Positions 1 to 7,174 of a stretch of DNA of 32,000 bases are shown in pieces (position 1 is the stretch's first letter; the number at the start of each line of letters is the position of its first letter). Under the pieces are notes generated by a model. The model did not search any database and was not told the origin of the DNA. It saw nothing but the letters and a program-made list of their open reading frames with translations. This stretch comes from Cupriavidus necator (GTDB lineage: Bacteria > Pseudomonadota > Gammaproteobacteria > Burkholderiales > Burkholderiaceae), in assembly GCF_016127575.1 (NCBI RefSeq), contig NZ_CP066018.1, positions 1,080,001-1,112,000 on the forward strand. The letters are read 5' to 3'. The position numbers and the translations under genes are program-made.

Positions 1-1029
1 CCCGGCCACATTGACCAGCCGCGCCACCTGGGCGTAGACGTGGCGCTTGTAGCCGTCATTGAACGGGCCTGCGGCCGCCGCGCGGCCGAGGTCATAGGTG
101 CGGTTGTCTGAATGCCCGCCCGAGGGCTTCAGCGTGCGCGCCAGCAGGTGCACGCGCACCGTGGTGACATTGGCCAGGTTGTTGAGCACCACGCCCCAGT
201 CATAGCCGGGAACGGCGGTGCAGACGGCGCTGTTGTTCGCGCGGGGATCGGACACGTAGCAGTCGGCCGAGCCGTTGCTGTCCTGGTCGACACCGTACAG
301 CACATGCATGTCTTGCACCCCCTGCGCGACCGAGCGCGACTGGAACGCACCGTTGACCAGTTCGGCCATCTTCAGCGTGGGGATGCCGTCGCCGCCGTTG
401 CTGCAGCGGTCGCAGCCGGCCAGGTAGAAGATGCGCACCATGGCGCGGCGCAGTTCAGCCGGCTGGGCCGGATCGCAGGCCTTGGTGCGCAGCCCGAAGG
501 CCGCCGCGCCGCTGGCATCGAAGACAAAGGTCTGCGTGTCCTGCGAACAGGCCGATACCTGCAGGTAGGGCACGCCCGGTGCCGGGGCGGCAACCGCCGT
601 GGTCGACACGCGCCGAATCACCAGCACCTCGGAAGTCGGCGCCAGGTCCGGCAGGCATGGTGCCGCCACGCCCGGCGCATAGCCGGTCAGCGCCACCGGC
701 ACGGTTTCGGCAGCAGGCGAGAAGCCAAGGGCGGCTGCATCCGTCGCGCACAGCGCCGGATCCGCGGCCTTGGTGCTGCGTGCAATGTTGCCGACGCCGA
801 AGAACCCCGCCAGCTCCACTTCGCGCCGGATCTGCTCCAGCGCGTAGCGGCCGTTCTCGACCTGCTCGGCAGACTTGGTGAATTCGGTGCGCGACAGGCT
901 GTTGGCAAGGTACAGGCTCGCCAGCGCGGTCAGCAGCACCAGGCCGATGGTGATGCCGATCATCAGCTCGACCAGCGAGATGCCGCGCTGGCGGCGCAGG
1001 CGGCGCGCGGACAGGCGCAGGGGGCTCAT
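1..1029 (-). CDS. pilW: Type IV pilus minor pilin/assembly protein PilW; N-terminus complete, C-terminus runs off the window edge
   Basis: Absent from the ORF track because there is no stop inside the window. Hand translation from ATG 1029-1027 gives MSPLRLSARRLRRQRGISLVELMIGITIGLVLLTALASLYLANSLSRTEFTKSAEQVENGRYALEQIRREVELAGFF..., i.e. a basic leader, a prepilin-type G|xSLVELM motif and a hydrophobic helix. The frame stays open for all 343 codons down to nt 1 with GC-rich third positions. The start overlaps the pilV stop (1026-1028) as ATGA. Confidence 0.8.
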   Translation of the reverse strand, partial: MSPLRLSARRLRRQRGISLVELMIGITIGLVLLTALASLYLANSLSRTEFTKSAEQVENGRYALEQIRREVELAGFFGVGNIARSTKAADPALCATDAAALGFSPAAETVPVALTGYAPGVAAPCLPDLAPTSEVLVIRRVSTTAVAAPAPGVPYLQVSACSQDTQTFVFDASGAAAFGLRTKACDPAQPAELRRAMVRIFYLAGCDRCSNGGDGIPTLKMAELVNGAFQSRSVAQGVQDMHVLYGVDQDSNGSADCYVSDPRANNSAVCTAVPGYDWGVVLNNLANVTTVRVHLLARTLKPSGGHSDNRTYDLGRAAAAGPFNDGYKRHVYAQVARLVNVAG

Positions 1030-1649
1030 GACACGGTTCCCAGGGTGCCGATGCGGATCTGCGTGCTGACCGCGCGGCGATAGGCATCGTTGCCGTACTG
1101 GCCCTTGCCGCAGCCCAGCGCGGGCGCGCCGGTGGTGGCCAGGCCCTGCCAGGCCACGGTGATGCGGTAGATATTGTTGACGGCGTCGACGGTCTCGATG
1201 CAGCCGCGCGCGCCGATCATGGCGCCGACGGCCTGGGCGGCATCAGCGGCGCTGGCCCCCAGGCGCATCTCGGCACTACCCAGCAGCGCGGTGTTCCAGG
1301 CCTGCAGGTCCGCATCGGCGGTAGCCTTCTGCGCGGCGGTGCCCTGCGTGCACGCCGCCGGCGGCGCCGCCGCGCTGCCCAGCTGCATGCCGGTCGCGCC
1401 GTTGGCATAGCACGATGCCACCTGGCGGTTGGCGTTGAGGCGCGCAACCATGTCCTGCAGCAGCGCCAGCGCCTGCACGCGCTGGTAGGACTCCATCTCG
1501 GTCTGGCCCGAGCGCGCCACCAGCCCGGCGGTGCCGAGCAGCGCGACCAGCAGGATCACTGCCGCCACCAGCACCTCGATCAGCAGGAAGCCGCGCTGCG
1601 TGCGGCGGACAGGCATGCTCGGCCGCAGCCGCGGAATTCTTTGCTTCAT
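1026..1649 (-). CDS. pilV: Type IV pilus modification/minor pilin protein PilV
   Basis: This is the internal part of track ORF 1026..1889(-); the first 80 codons are an Arg-rich shadow frame. ATG 1649 overlaps the fimT stop as ATGA. An alternative ATG at 1616 gives the leader MPVRRTQRG|FLLIEVLVAAVILLVALLG, a prepilin cleavage/methylation motif. The start is therefore 1649 or 1616. Confidence 0.85.
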   Translation of the reverse strand: MKQRIPRLRPSMPVRRTQRGFLLIEVLVAAVILLVALLGTAGLVARSGQTEMESYQRVQALALLQDMVARLNANRQVASCYANGATGMQLGSAAAPPAACTQGTAAQKATADADLQAWNTALLGSAEMRLGASAADAAQAVGAMIGARGCIETVDAVNNIYRITVAWQGLATTGAPALGCGKGQYGNDAYRRAVSTQIRIGTLGTVS

Positions 1650-2140
1650 GAGCAGGCTCCCGTGTCGGAAGCGACGCGGCCTGTCTCGCTGACCTGCACG
1701 CAGACGCGCGACGCCGCTGCCGTATCGCCGTTGGGCGCCACTTCGAAAGTCATGGCCGCGCCCGTGAGGCGGCCGTCGTTGCCAAGCGCAAGGGCCCCGG
1801 CAGCGCTGGGCGTGATGGTCAGGCCGCCGTAGGGCCCGAAGCTGCGCACCGTCTCGGCGCCTGCGGTGACTGCCCAACCGGCAGTCCATGCGGCGCCGGT
1901 GGCTGCCAGCGTGACCGTGGCATTGCGCTTGACTGCCTCGCTGCGCGCCAGCAGCAGCGCCGAGGTCAGGTCAAGCGAGGCGCCGCGCACGCGCTGGTTG
2001 GCGATCAGTGAAGAGAACGACGGCGCCGCCGCGACCGCGAGGATCGCCAGCACCGACATGGCGCACAGCAGTTCGACCAGGGTGAAGCCGCGGCGGGTGG
2101 GCCGGCCGGGCGAAGACGGCGGGAACGTGGCGCGCCGCAT
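1646..2140 (-). CDS. fimT: GspH/FimT-family type IV minor pilin
   Basis: ATG at 2140 inside track ORF 1646..2575(-) gives MRRATFPPSSPGRPTRRG|FTLVELLCAMSVLAILAVAAAPSFSSLIANQRVRGASLDLTSALLLARSEAVKRN... (164 aa). This is a prepilin motif followed by a FimT/GspH-like body. The gene sits 2 nt downstream of the pilE-like stop. Confidence 0.8.
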   Translation of the reverse strand: MRRATFPPSSPGRPTRRGFTLVELLCAMSVLAILAVAAAPSFSSLIANQRVRGASLDLTSALLLARSEAVKRNATVTLAATGAAWTAGWAVTAGAETVRSFGPYGGLTITPSAAGALALGNDGRLTGAAMTFEVAPNGDTAAASRVCVQVSETGRVASDTGACS

Positions 2141-2142
2141 GG

Positions 2143-2664
2143 TCAGTTCCAGCAGTCGGTGCCTGAACCAGACGCCGATTTCGCGCCGGCACTGGTCAGC
2201 GTCAGCGAGCCGCAGTCGGCGTCGCCGGCGAGCTGGCTGCCCTTGGGCGTGGCCACGATGCTGTAGCCGGGCGGCAGCGCCGCGTTCGGCGTCACGGCGA
2301 CGTCGTAGCGCGTTGCCTGCGCGGCCGGCACCGACATGCCCAGCGCGCCCAGATTGGCGGCATAGGCGCGGTTGTCGACCAGGTAGCGCTCCTGGGCGCT
2401 CGCGACCTCCAGCATGAAGGACTCGATCGCGGCCCGGTGCGAGCGCACGACGTGACGGCTGTAATTTGGAATGGCGACGGCGGCAAGAATGGCAATGACC
2501 GCCACGGTGATCATCACCTCGATCAGCGTGAAGCCATGCGCTGCCCTGGCGCCGCGCAGGCGCCAGCCCCGGCACGGATTGCCGGTTGCCCCAACTTCCC
2601 CAATGACCCGAAACGACGGGTTGACCCTCCCGCCGTGTCGCACTGCCGGGCTTCTATGTCCCAT
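2143..2664 (-). CDS. pilE: PilE-like type IV pilin (prepilin-type N-terminal cleavage/methylation domain protein); start codon uncertain
   Basis: The sequence ...AAHG|FTLIEVMITVAVIAILAAVAIPNYSRHVVRSHRAAIESFMLEVASAQERY... is a classic pilin N-terminal helix. The C-terminal pair DCGSLTLTSAGAKSASGSGTDCWN suggests a disulfide loop. The in-frame starts are TTG 2682, ATG 2664 and GTG 2643. All of them give leaders of 37 aa or more; see findings. Confidence 0.75.
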   Translation of the reverse strand: MGHRSPAVRHGGRVNPSFRVIGEVGATGNPCRGWRLRGARAAHGFTLIEVMITVAVIAILAAVAIPNYSRHVVRSHRAAIESFMLEVASAQERYLVDNRAYAANLGALGMSVPAAQATRYDVAVTPNAALPPGYSIVATPKGSQLAGDADCGSLTLTSAGAKSASGSGTDCWN

Positions 2665-2945
2665 GCCGCGCTCCGATACCAATTATGTTCCGGATGACCA
2701 ATTCCGGAGGTTATGGCGCGGAGTGTAAGTCACGATCTGCTAAGCGGGTAAGGAAAATATGATGCCGGCCGACCGGCGTTGTAGCGAACAGACAGTGATG
2801 TTACGAGACCTGCTCAGGACATACAGCCAAGGCATATGCAGACGTTAACCGTCAGTGAGGGGGAACCCTGACCCGCCCTGTTCGACCGGCCCGATGCGCG
2901 CGCGGGCGCACCTGTGCAACAATCGTTACAAACACCGAATCCGGA

Positions 2946-3860
2946 ATGCCCATGCCGCCCGACAGCCCTACCCCATCGCCGCAAGCGCCGCCGCAGGACC
3001 TGGACGCCCTGCTGGCGCTGCTGCGCAGCAACTTCCCCACGCTCAGCACGCAGTTCCAGGGCGGCGCGCGCTACCTGCTCGACCATCCGCAGGACGTGCC
3101 GGTGCTGTCGATGCGCAAGATCGCGGCCAGTGCCGGGGTGCAGCCTGCCACCCTGGTGCGGCTGTCGCAGCATCTCGGCTTCGAGGGCTGGCAGGGGCTG
3201 CGTGAACTGTTCGTCGATGCGCTGCGCGGCGGCAGCCAGCCGTACGCGCGCCGCGCGCGCAAGGTGGTGCGTGAAAGCAGCTCCAGCCGCATGCTGGGCG
3301 AGATTCTGGACGCGCAGCACCACAACCTGGACATGATCGCCGCCAACAACGAGAAGACGCTGCAGCAAGCGGCGGAACTGCTGTCGCATGCGGCGTGCGT
3401 GCATGTGGCGGGTTTCCGCTCGTGCTTTCCGATCGCGTTCACCTTCCACTATGTCTACCGGCTGTTCCGCAGCACGGTGCACCTGATCCGCGCCGATGCC
3501 GGCACGCTGGAGATGGAGCTGCGTGGCCTGGCGCCCAAGGATGCGGTGCTGGTGGTCAGCTTCGCCCCCTACTCGCAGGAAAGCATCCGCGTCGCCGCCG
3601 CCGCGCGCGAGTGCGGCTGCAAGGTGATCGCGCTGACCGACAGCACGGTCGCGCCGATCGCGCTGGCGGCGGACTGCACGTTGCTGTTCTCGGTGGAAAG
3701 CCCGTCGTTCTTCCCATCAGTCACCGCCGGCGTGGCCGTGGTCGAGGCCCTGGTCGAGCAGCTGCTGGCGCGCAAGGGCAAGGGCGCGATCCGCGCGCTG
3801 GAACAAGCCGAGGGCGAGCTGCACCGGACCGGGGCGTATGTGGTGGCGGGGCGCGAGTGA
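2946..3860 (+). CDS. MurR/RpiR-family transcriptional regulator (HTH + SIS domain)
   Basis: 304-aa ORF. It has an N-terminal HTH-like segment (LSMRKIAASAGVQPATLVRLSQHLGFEGWQGLRELF) and a C-terminal sugar-isomerase-like SIS region (VHVAGFRSCFPIAFTF..., AVLVVSFAPYSQES..., KVIALTDSTVAPIA). Third codon positions are GC-rich. Confidence 0.85.
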   Translation: MPMPPDSPTPSPQAPPQDLDALLALLRSNFPTLSTQFQGGARYLLDHPQDVPVLSMRKIAASAGVQPATLVRLSQHLGFEGWQGLRELFVDALRGGSQPYARRARKVVRESSSSRMLGEILDAQHHNLDMIAANNEKTLQQAAELLSHAACVHVAGFRSCFPIAFTFHYVYRLFRSTVHLIRADAGTLEMELRGLAPKDAVLVVSFAPYSQESIRVAAAARECGCKVIALTDSTVAPIALAADCTLLFSVESPSFFPSVTAGVAVVEALVEQLLARKGKGAIRALEQAEGELHRTGAYVVAGRE

Positions 3861-3883
3861 GGGTGGCCCCCAGTCACTCATCA

Positions 3884-4234
3884 CTACTGCGTGCACTTCT
3901 CCCGGTACGCCTGCTGCAGCGACCTCTTCGGCCGGTCACGCTCCAGTTCCGGAATCATGCGGCCCTGCGCGGTCTCGATGGCCGGCTGGGTGGCACGGTA
4001 TTCGCGCTTGGGTGCTTCGGCGATCTGCGCGGCCAGGGCGCGGCATTCGTCCGACTGGATGCTGCCCGGCGTCGCGGCCGGGTCGGGACGGTAGGGCGTG
4101 GTGCCCTGCTGCACCGCTTCGTTGATGGCGGCGGCGGCAGCGCTGTCCCCGTCCGGCCTCTGCGCATGCGCGCTGCAGGCCATCGCCAGGGCGGCGATGG
4201 CGGAAATGCGGGTCAGGGTTCGCTGGCTCGGCAT
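3884..4234 (-). CDS. Small secreted hypothetical protein (116 aa, signal peptide, 2 Cys in the mature part)
   Basis: MPSQRTLTRISAIAALAMACSAHA|QRPDG... has a Sec-type signal peptide with an AHA cleavage motif. An AGGAGAG Shine-Dalgarno sequence lies about 7 nt upstream of ATG 4234. Third positions are strongly GC-rich throughout. I recognise no family. Confidence 0.65.
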   Translation of the reverse strand: MPSQRTLTRISAIAALAMACSAHAQRPDGDSAAAAAINEAVQQGTTPYRPDPAATPGSIQSDECRALAAQIAEAPKREYRATQPAIETAQGRMIPELERDRPKRSLQQAYREKCTQ

Positions 4235-4304
4235 GACTTCTCTCCTGTGGCTCGATGAAATTATGCAAAGGCTGCCAGCTTAATCGTTCGCGGCCTGTCT
4301 GACA

Positions 4305-4556
4305 CTACCGGCATTTCCGGCATTTGCGGCGTCGATGCCACCTGCGCCTGCCTGGGTACAGGCTGATATAGATGCCCTCGGGCGATTCCAGCGCTGCATG
4401 GCCGGTGGAGATCACGCCGTCGCGGTCCACCGCGGCGATATAGCGGTCGACCAGCGGCTGGCGGCGCGCTTCGCCGCGGGCGGACCCGACCGGGGTCCAG
4501 ACATGCACGGTCAGCGCGTGCTCGCCGGGTCCGGGCGGACCGTCCCAGATGGTCAT
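4305..4556 (-). pseudogene. Possible truncated/decayed ORF (MTIWDGPPGPGEHALTVHVWTP...GHAALESPEGIYISLYP then an aberrant Arg/Cys/Lys tail)
   Basis: Codon usage looks genuinely coding from ATG 4556 to about 4340. It then collapses (AGG, CGA, AAA codons) into ...GRRRWHRRRKCRKCR*, which is encoded partly by a tandem 9-nt duplication. The track ORF begins at GTG 4628. I cannot name a family. Confidence 0.3.
4308..4325. repeat. Perfect tandem 9-nt duplication CCGGCATTT x2
   Basis: Read directly: ccggcattt ccggcattt at 4308-4316 and 4317-4325. It encodes the RKCRKC tail of the decayed ORF on the minus strand. Confidence 0.9.
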
Positions 4557-4670
4557 GTCGGGCGCATCGGCGGCAGCAGCCGTATCGGTTGCCGGACCGG
4601 CGGCGGGAGCGGCCCGTGGTTGGGCCACAGGACAATACGGCCAACAGCAAGCTGTGGCGCGGAGATTCCG

Positions 4671-5171
4671 CTAGGGCGCGCGACGCCCGCCTCCTTCGTC
4701 CCGCTCGAGCTCCCAGTCGCGGCGCATCATGACATAGGTGAACGAGGTGGACCAGCCGATCAGGATCAGGCCGACCAGCGGCTCGATGCTGGCGATCAGG
4801 CGGCTGGCGCCCACCGGGACGATGTCGCCCAGGCTCTGCGTGGTGAAGGTCTCCAGCGCAAAGTAGGCGTAGACCAGCGCGCCTGGCTGCGTGTGGACGC
4901 CGGACACGCCGGCAACGCCCATCGCGGTCAGTCCGCCCAGGCCCAGCACCTGGTCGGCGAACCAGAAACCCAGCGCGAACACCAGCGCTTCCAGGCAATG
5001 GACCACGATGATGCAGACGATCAGCACGCCGATGTTCATGCGCCCGCTCCAGCGCCGGGGGTGTATCGCTGACAGCAGCCGCAGTGCCTCGTAGTGGATG
5101 CCGACCACGGTCACGGTCAGGACGGCGGCGCACAGCAGGGCCAGCGAATAGTGTTCGGCGGAAGTTTCCAT
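4671..5171 (-). CDS. Minimal ion-channel protein (K+-channel-like pore domain, Ion_trans_2-type) with a non-canonical filter
   Basis: ATG 5171 inside track ORF 4671..5399(-) gives a 166-aa protein, METSAEHYSLALLCAAVLTVTVVGIHYEAL.... It has hydrophobic helices and a pore-helix/filter-like segment, YAYFALETFTTQSLGDIVPVGASRLIASIEPLVGLILIGW (compare the canonical TxxTVGYGD). Confidence 0.7.
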   Translation of the reverse strand: METSAEHYSLALLCAAVLTVTVVGIHYEALRLLSAIHPRRWSGRMNIGVLIVCIIVVHCLEALVFALGFWFADQVLGLGGLTAMGVAGVSGVHTQPGALVYAYFALETFTTQSLGDIVPVGASRLIASIEPLVGLILIGWSTSFTYVMMRRDWELERDEGGGRRAP

Positions 5172-5220
5172 GCGCAGCGGCAGGCCTGGTCGGTGTCCGG
5201 GACGATCGGGAACAGCGCGG

Positions 5221-5256
5221 AAAAAAAAGCCGCCCTCCAAAATATCACTGGAAGGC
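5221..5256 (-). terminator. Candidate intrinsic terminator downstream of the collagen-like lipoprotein gene
   Basis: On the minus strand the stem is GCCTTCCA-(9 nt)-TGGAGGGC, 8 bp with one G-U pair. It is followed by GGC and a T8 run (A8 at 5221-5228 on the plus strand). It lies about 95 nt after the stop at 5351. Confidence 0.45.
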
Positions 5257-5350
5257 GTGCAGGAAAACCAGGGAGCGGGCGCGGCGGGCGCGCGGCCGTG
5301 CTCGTAGCCCTGGCAGAGGGTCGGTGGCGGCCGGGTGGCCGCCGCATGGA

Positions 5351-6355
5351 TCAGCTGCTGCTCTTGCAGGAGAGGTTGACGTACAGCCCGCCGCCCCATT
5401 TGAAGTTGCGGTTGCCACTGACCTGCACCTGGACAATGTCGTTGGCCGCCACCGCCGTCGTGGCCGGCGCCGAGCAGGTCCGCACGGTGGCGCCGAGCGA
5501 ACAGGCGGACGCATCGGTGATGGCAAGCGGGGCGATCGTTTCCAGCGCCGCGCCGCTGGCGACACGGTATGCCGCCAGGGTGTACTTGACCTCGTCATCG
5601 GGCACCGGGCCCGCCAGGCTCGCGTTCAGGGTCAGGCCGCCGCTGCAGCCCACCGGCATCACAGCGCCGAAATTCGGATCGTTGCTTTGCCGGTCCAGCG
5701 CGGTGCCGGTCATGACATAGGTGCCATTGCCATCCGGCGAGTCGTACACAGCGAAGTTGGCGGTATAGATCGTCGCGCCGGCGCCTGTCTCTCCTTGCTG
5801 GCCCTGGGGGCCGGTGTCGCCCTTTTCGCCCTTCTCGCCCTGCGGACCTTGCGCCCCGACCGGGCCAGTCAGGCCAACCACGGAGACCCCGGCCGGCCAG
5901 CCCTCGGCCGTCTTCGGGCCGAACAGCGTATTGGTGGCCGTATTGAGGTAGAAGCTGCCTTTGCTGCCATCGGCAGCGGTGGGATCTGCCGCGCCGTGCA
6001 GCAGCACGGCGCCGGGCGCCCCGGCCACGCCTTGCGGGCCGACCAGCGACACGCCGGCAGGCCAGGCCCCGTCAGCCTTGGGTCCGTAGAGCGTCGAGGT
6101 CGAGGCATTGAGGTAGAAGTCGCCGTCCGTGCCAACGTCCGCCGCGGGCGCATTGGCGCCGGACAGGATGGTCTTGCCGTTCGCGCCGGCCGGGCCGGCC
6201 GCGCTGGCGGATGGCGCGGCGCTGGCTGGCGCGGAATCGCCGCCACCGCCACCGCATCCTGCGAGCAGGATAGCGAGGCAGGCGAGCGGGATCGCCGCGA
6301 GTTTCAGGTCAATGCGTTGCACGATGGAAGCCCCCCGGTTTCTCATGAATGGCAT
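5351..6355 (-). CDS. Collagen-like (Gly-X-Y repeat) lipoprotein with duplicated FYLN...GPK modules
   Basis: Track ORF 5351..6382(-). Likely starts are ATG 6355 or ATG 6346 (MRNRGASIVQRIDLKLAAIPLACLAILLAG|CGGGGG, a lipobox). It has two homologous modules and a GXY run, GLTGPVGAQGPQGEKGEKGDTGPQGQQGETGAG. The C-terminal ~140 aa contains Cys residues. Confidence 0.8.
   Translation of the reverse strand: MPFMRNRGASIVQRIDLKLAAIPLACLAILLAGCGGGGGDSAPASAAPSASAAGPAGANGKTILSGANAPAADVGTDGDFYLNASTSTLYGPKADGAWPAGVSLVGPQGVAGAPGAVLLHGAADPTAADGSKGSFYLNTATNTLFGPKTAEGWPAGVSVVGLTGPVGAQGPQGEKGEKGDTGPQGQQGETGAGATIYTANFAVYDSPDGNGTYVMTGTALDRQSNDPNFGAVMPVGCSGGLTLNASLAGPVPDDEVKYTLAAYRVASGAALETIAPLAITDASACSLGATVRTCSAPATTAVAANDIVQVQVSGNRNFKWGGGLYVNLSCKSSS
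5777..5875 (-). repeat. Triplet-periodic coding repeat: about 11 consecutive Gly-X-Y codon triplets
   Basis: Translation of aa 170-202 of the long ORF gives G-LT G-PV G-AQ G-PQ G-EK G-EK G-DT G-PQ G-QQ G-ET G-AG. A shorter run of 4 triplets (GPQGVAGAPGAV) occurs upstream, after the first module. Confidence 0.85.
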
Positions 6356-6840
6356 GCCCGGATCTGTGCCGAGTGAGTTCAATCTAGAGATCGCGGTGAT
6401 TCCGGTAAATCGTGCATTTGCACGGGCTGTTTCATTAATGAAGCGCGTTTCCGGAGCCGCGAAAAACTGCCCCGCCCTAATAGCGTCAACGCCCGTTTGA
6501 AATCCCGGATGACTCGGGATAATAATTATGAAAATACCCGGATTGCCGCACCTGGCGGTAACACGGCGGGCATCTGGCCCGATTCAGAGCGGGCGAATTC
6601 AAGCACCACACGACCGCATCCGTGCGCGCCGGTGCGGCCAGAAAATACCGGCAATATCTCACCCGAACGGTTGAGTTGCGGATGGGATAGCGTGGCTCCG
6701 GGCTGTTAAAAGGAGAAACGAATAATCGCCATTTACCCCTTCGTGGGGGAATATGCGCGGCACCGGCAAACGGCCATGCGCAGCATGGCGCGGCGATGGA
6801 CTATGCTGGAAATCCCAACAGCGTCCTCGCGGAGGCCATC

Positions 6841-7089
6841 GTGCGCAAATCTGTCCTAGTCCTTACGGCACTGCTGCTGGCCAGCGCCCCCGGCCTGGCG
6901 CTGGCCCATAACTGCCCCAACGAGATGAAGGCCATCGACGCCAAACTGTCGACCAAGCCGGCGCTGTCGCCGGAAAATTCCGCCAAGGTTGCCAAGCTGC
7001 GCGCCGACGGCGAGGCCTATCACAAGGCCGGCAAGCATGACGAATCGATGAAATCGCTGCTCGAAGCGAAAAAGATCCTGGGTATCTGA
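6841..7089 (+). CDS. Small periplasmic hypothetical protein (82-aa precursor)
   Basis: The track ORF starts at ATG 6796. GTG 6841 is preceded by GGAGG (6831-6835, 5-nt spacer) and gives a clean signal peptide, VRKSVLVLTALLLASAPGLALA|HNCPNEMKAIDAKL.... The mature part is about 60 aa, Lys/Ala-rich and probably helical. Confidence 0.7.
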   Translation: MRKSVLVLTALLLASAPGLALAHNCPNEMKAIDAKLSTKPALSPENSAKVAKLRADGEAYHKAGKHDESMKSLLEAKKILGI

Positions 7090-7107
7090 GACCGATCGCA
7101 AAGAAGA

Positions 7108-7146
7108 GCCGCCACGCGCCCAGGCGTGGCGGCTTTGTTTATTTTT
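7108..7146 (+). terminator. Rho-independent terminator between convergent genes
   Basis: GCCGCCACGC (7108-7117), a 6-nt loop and GCGTGGCGGC (7124-7133) form a perfect 10-bp stem. It is followed by TTTGTTTATTTTT. It lies 19 nt after the stop at 7087-7089. Confidence 0.75.
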
Positions 7147-7174
7147 CCCGCGGTCGTCGCCGCAGCAGGCCGGG

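Noticed and set aside
112-1083. 323-aa plus-strand ORF at the window start, and several 60-210 aa ORFs in 129..1087.
   Set aside because: They are antisense to or out of frame with pilW, whose minus-strand frame shows the prepilin motif and coding-like third-position GC. The plus-strand translation is Arg/Ala/Gly-rich with no recognisable domain.
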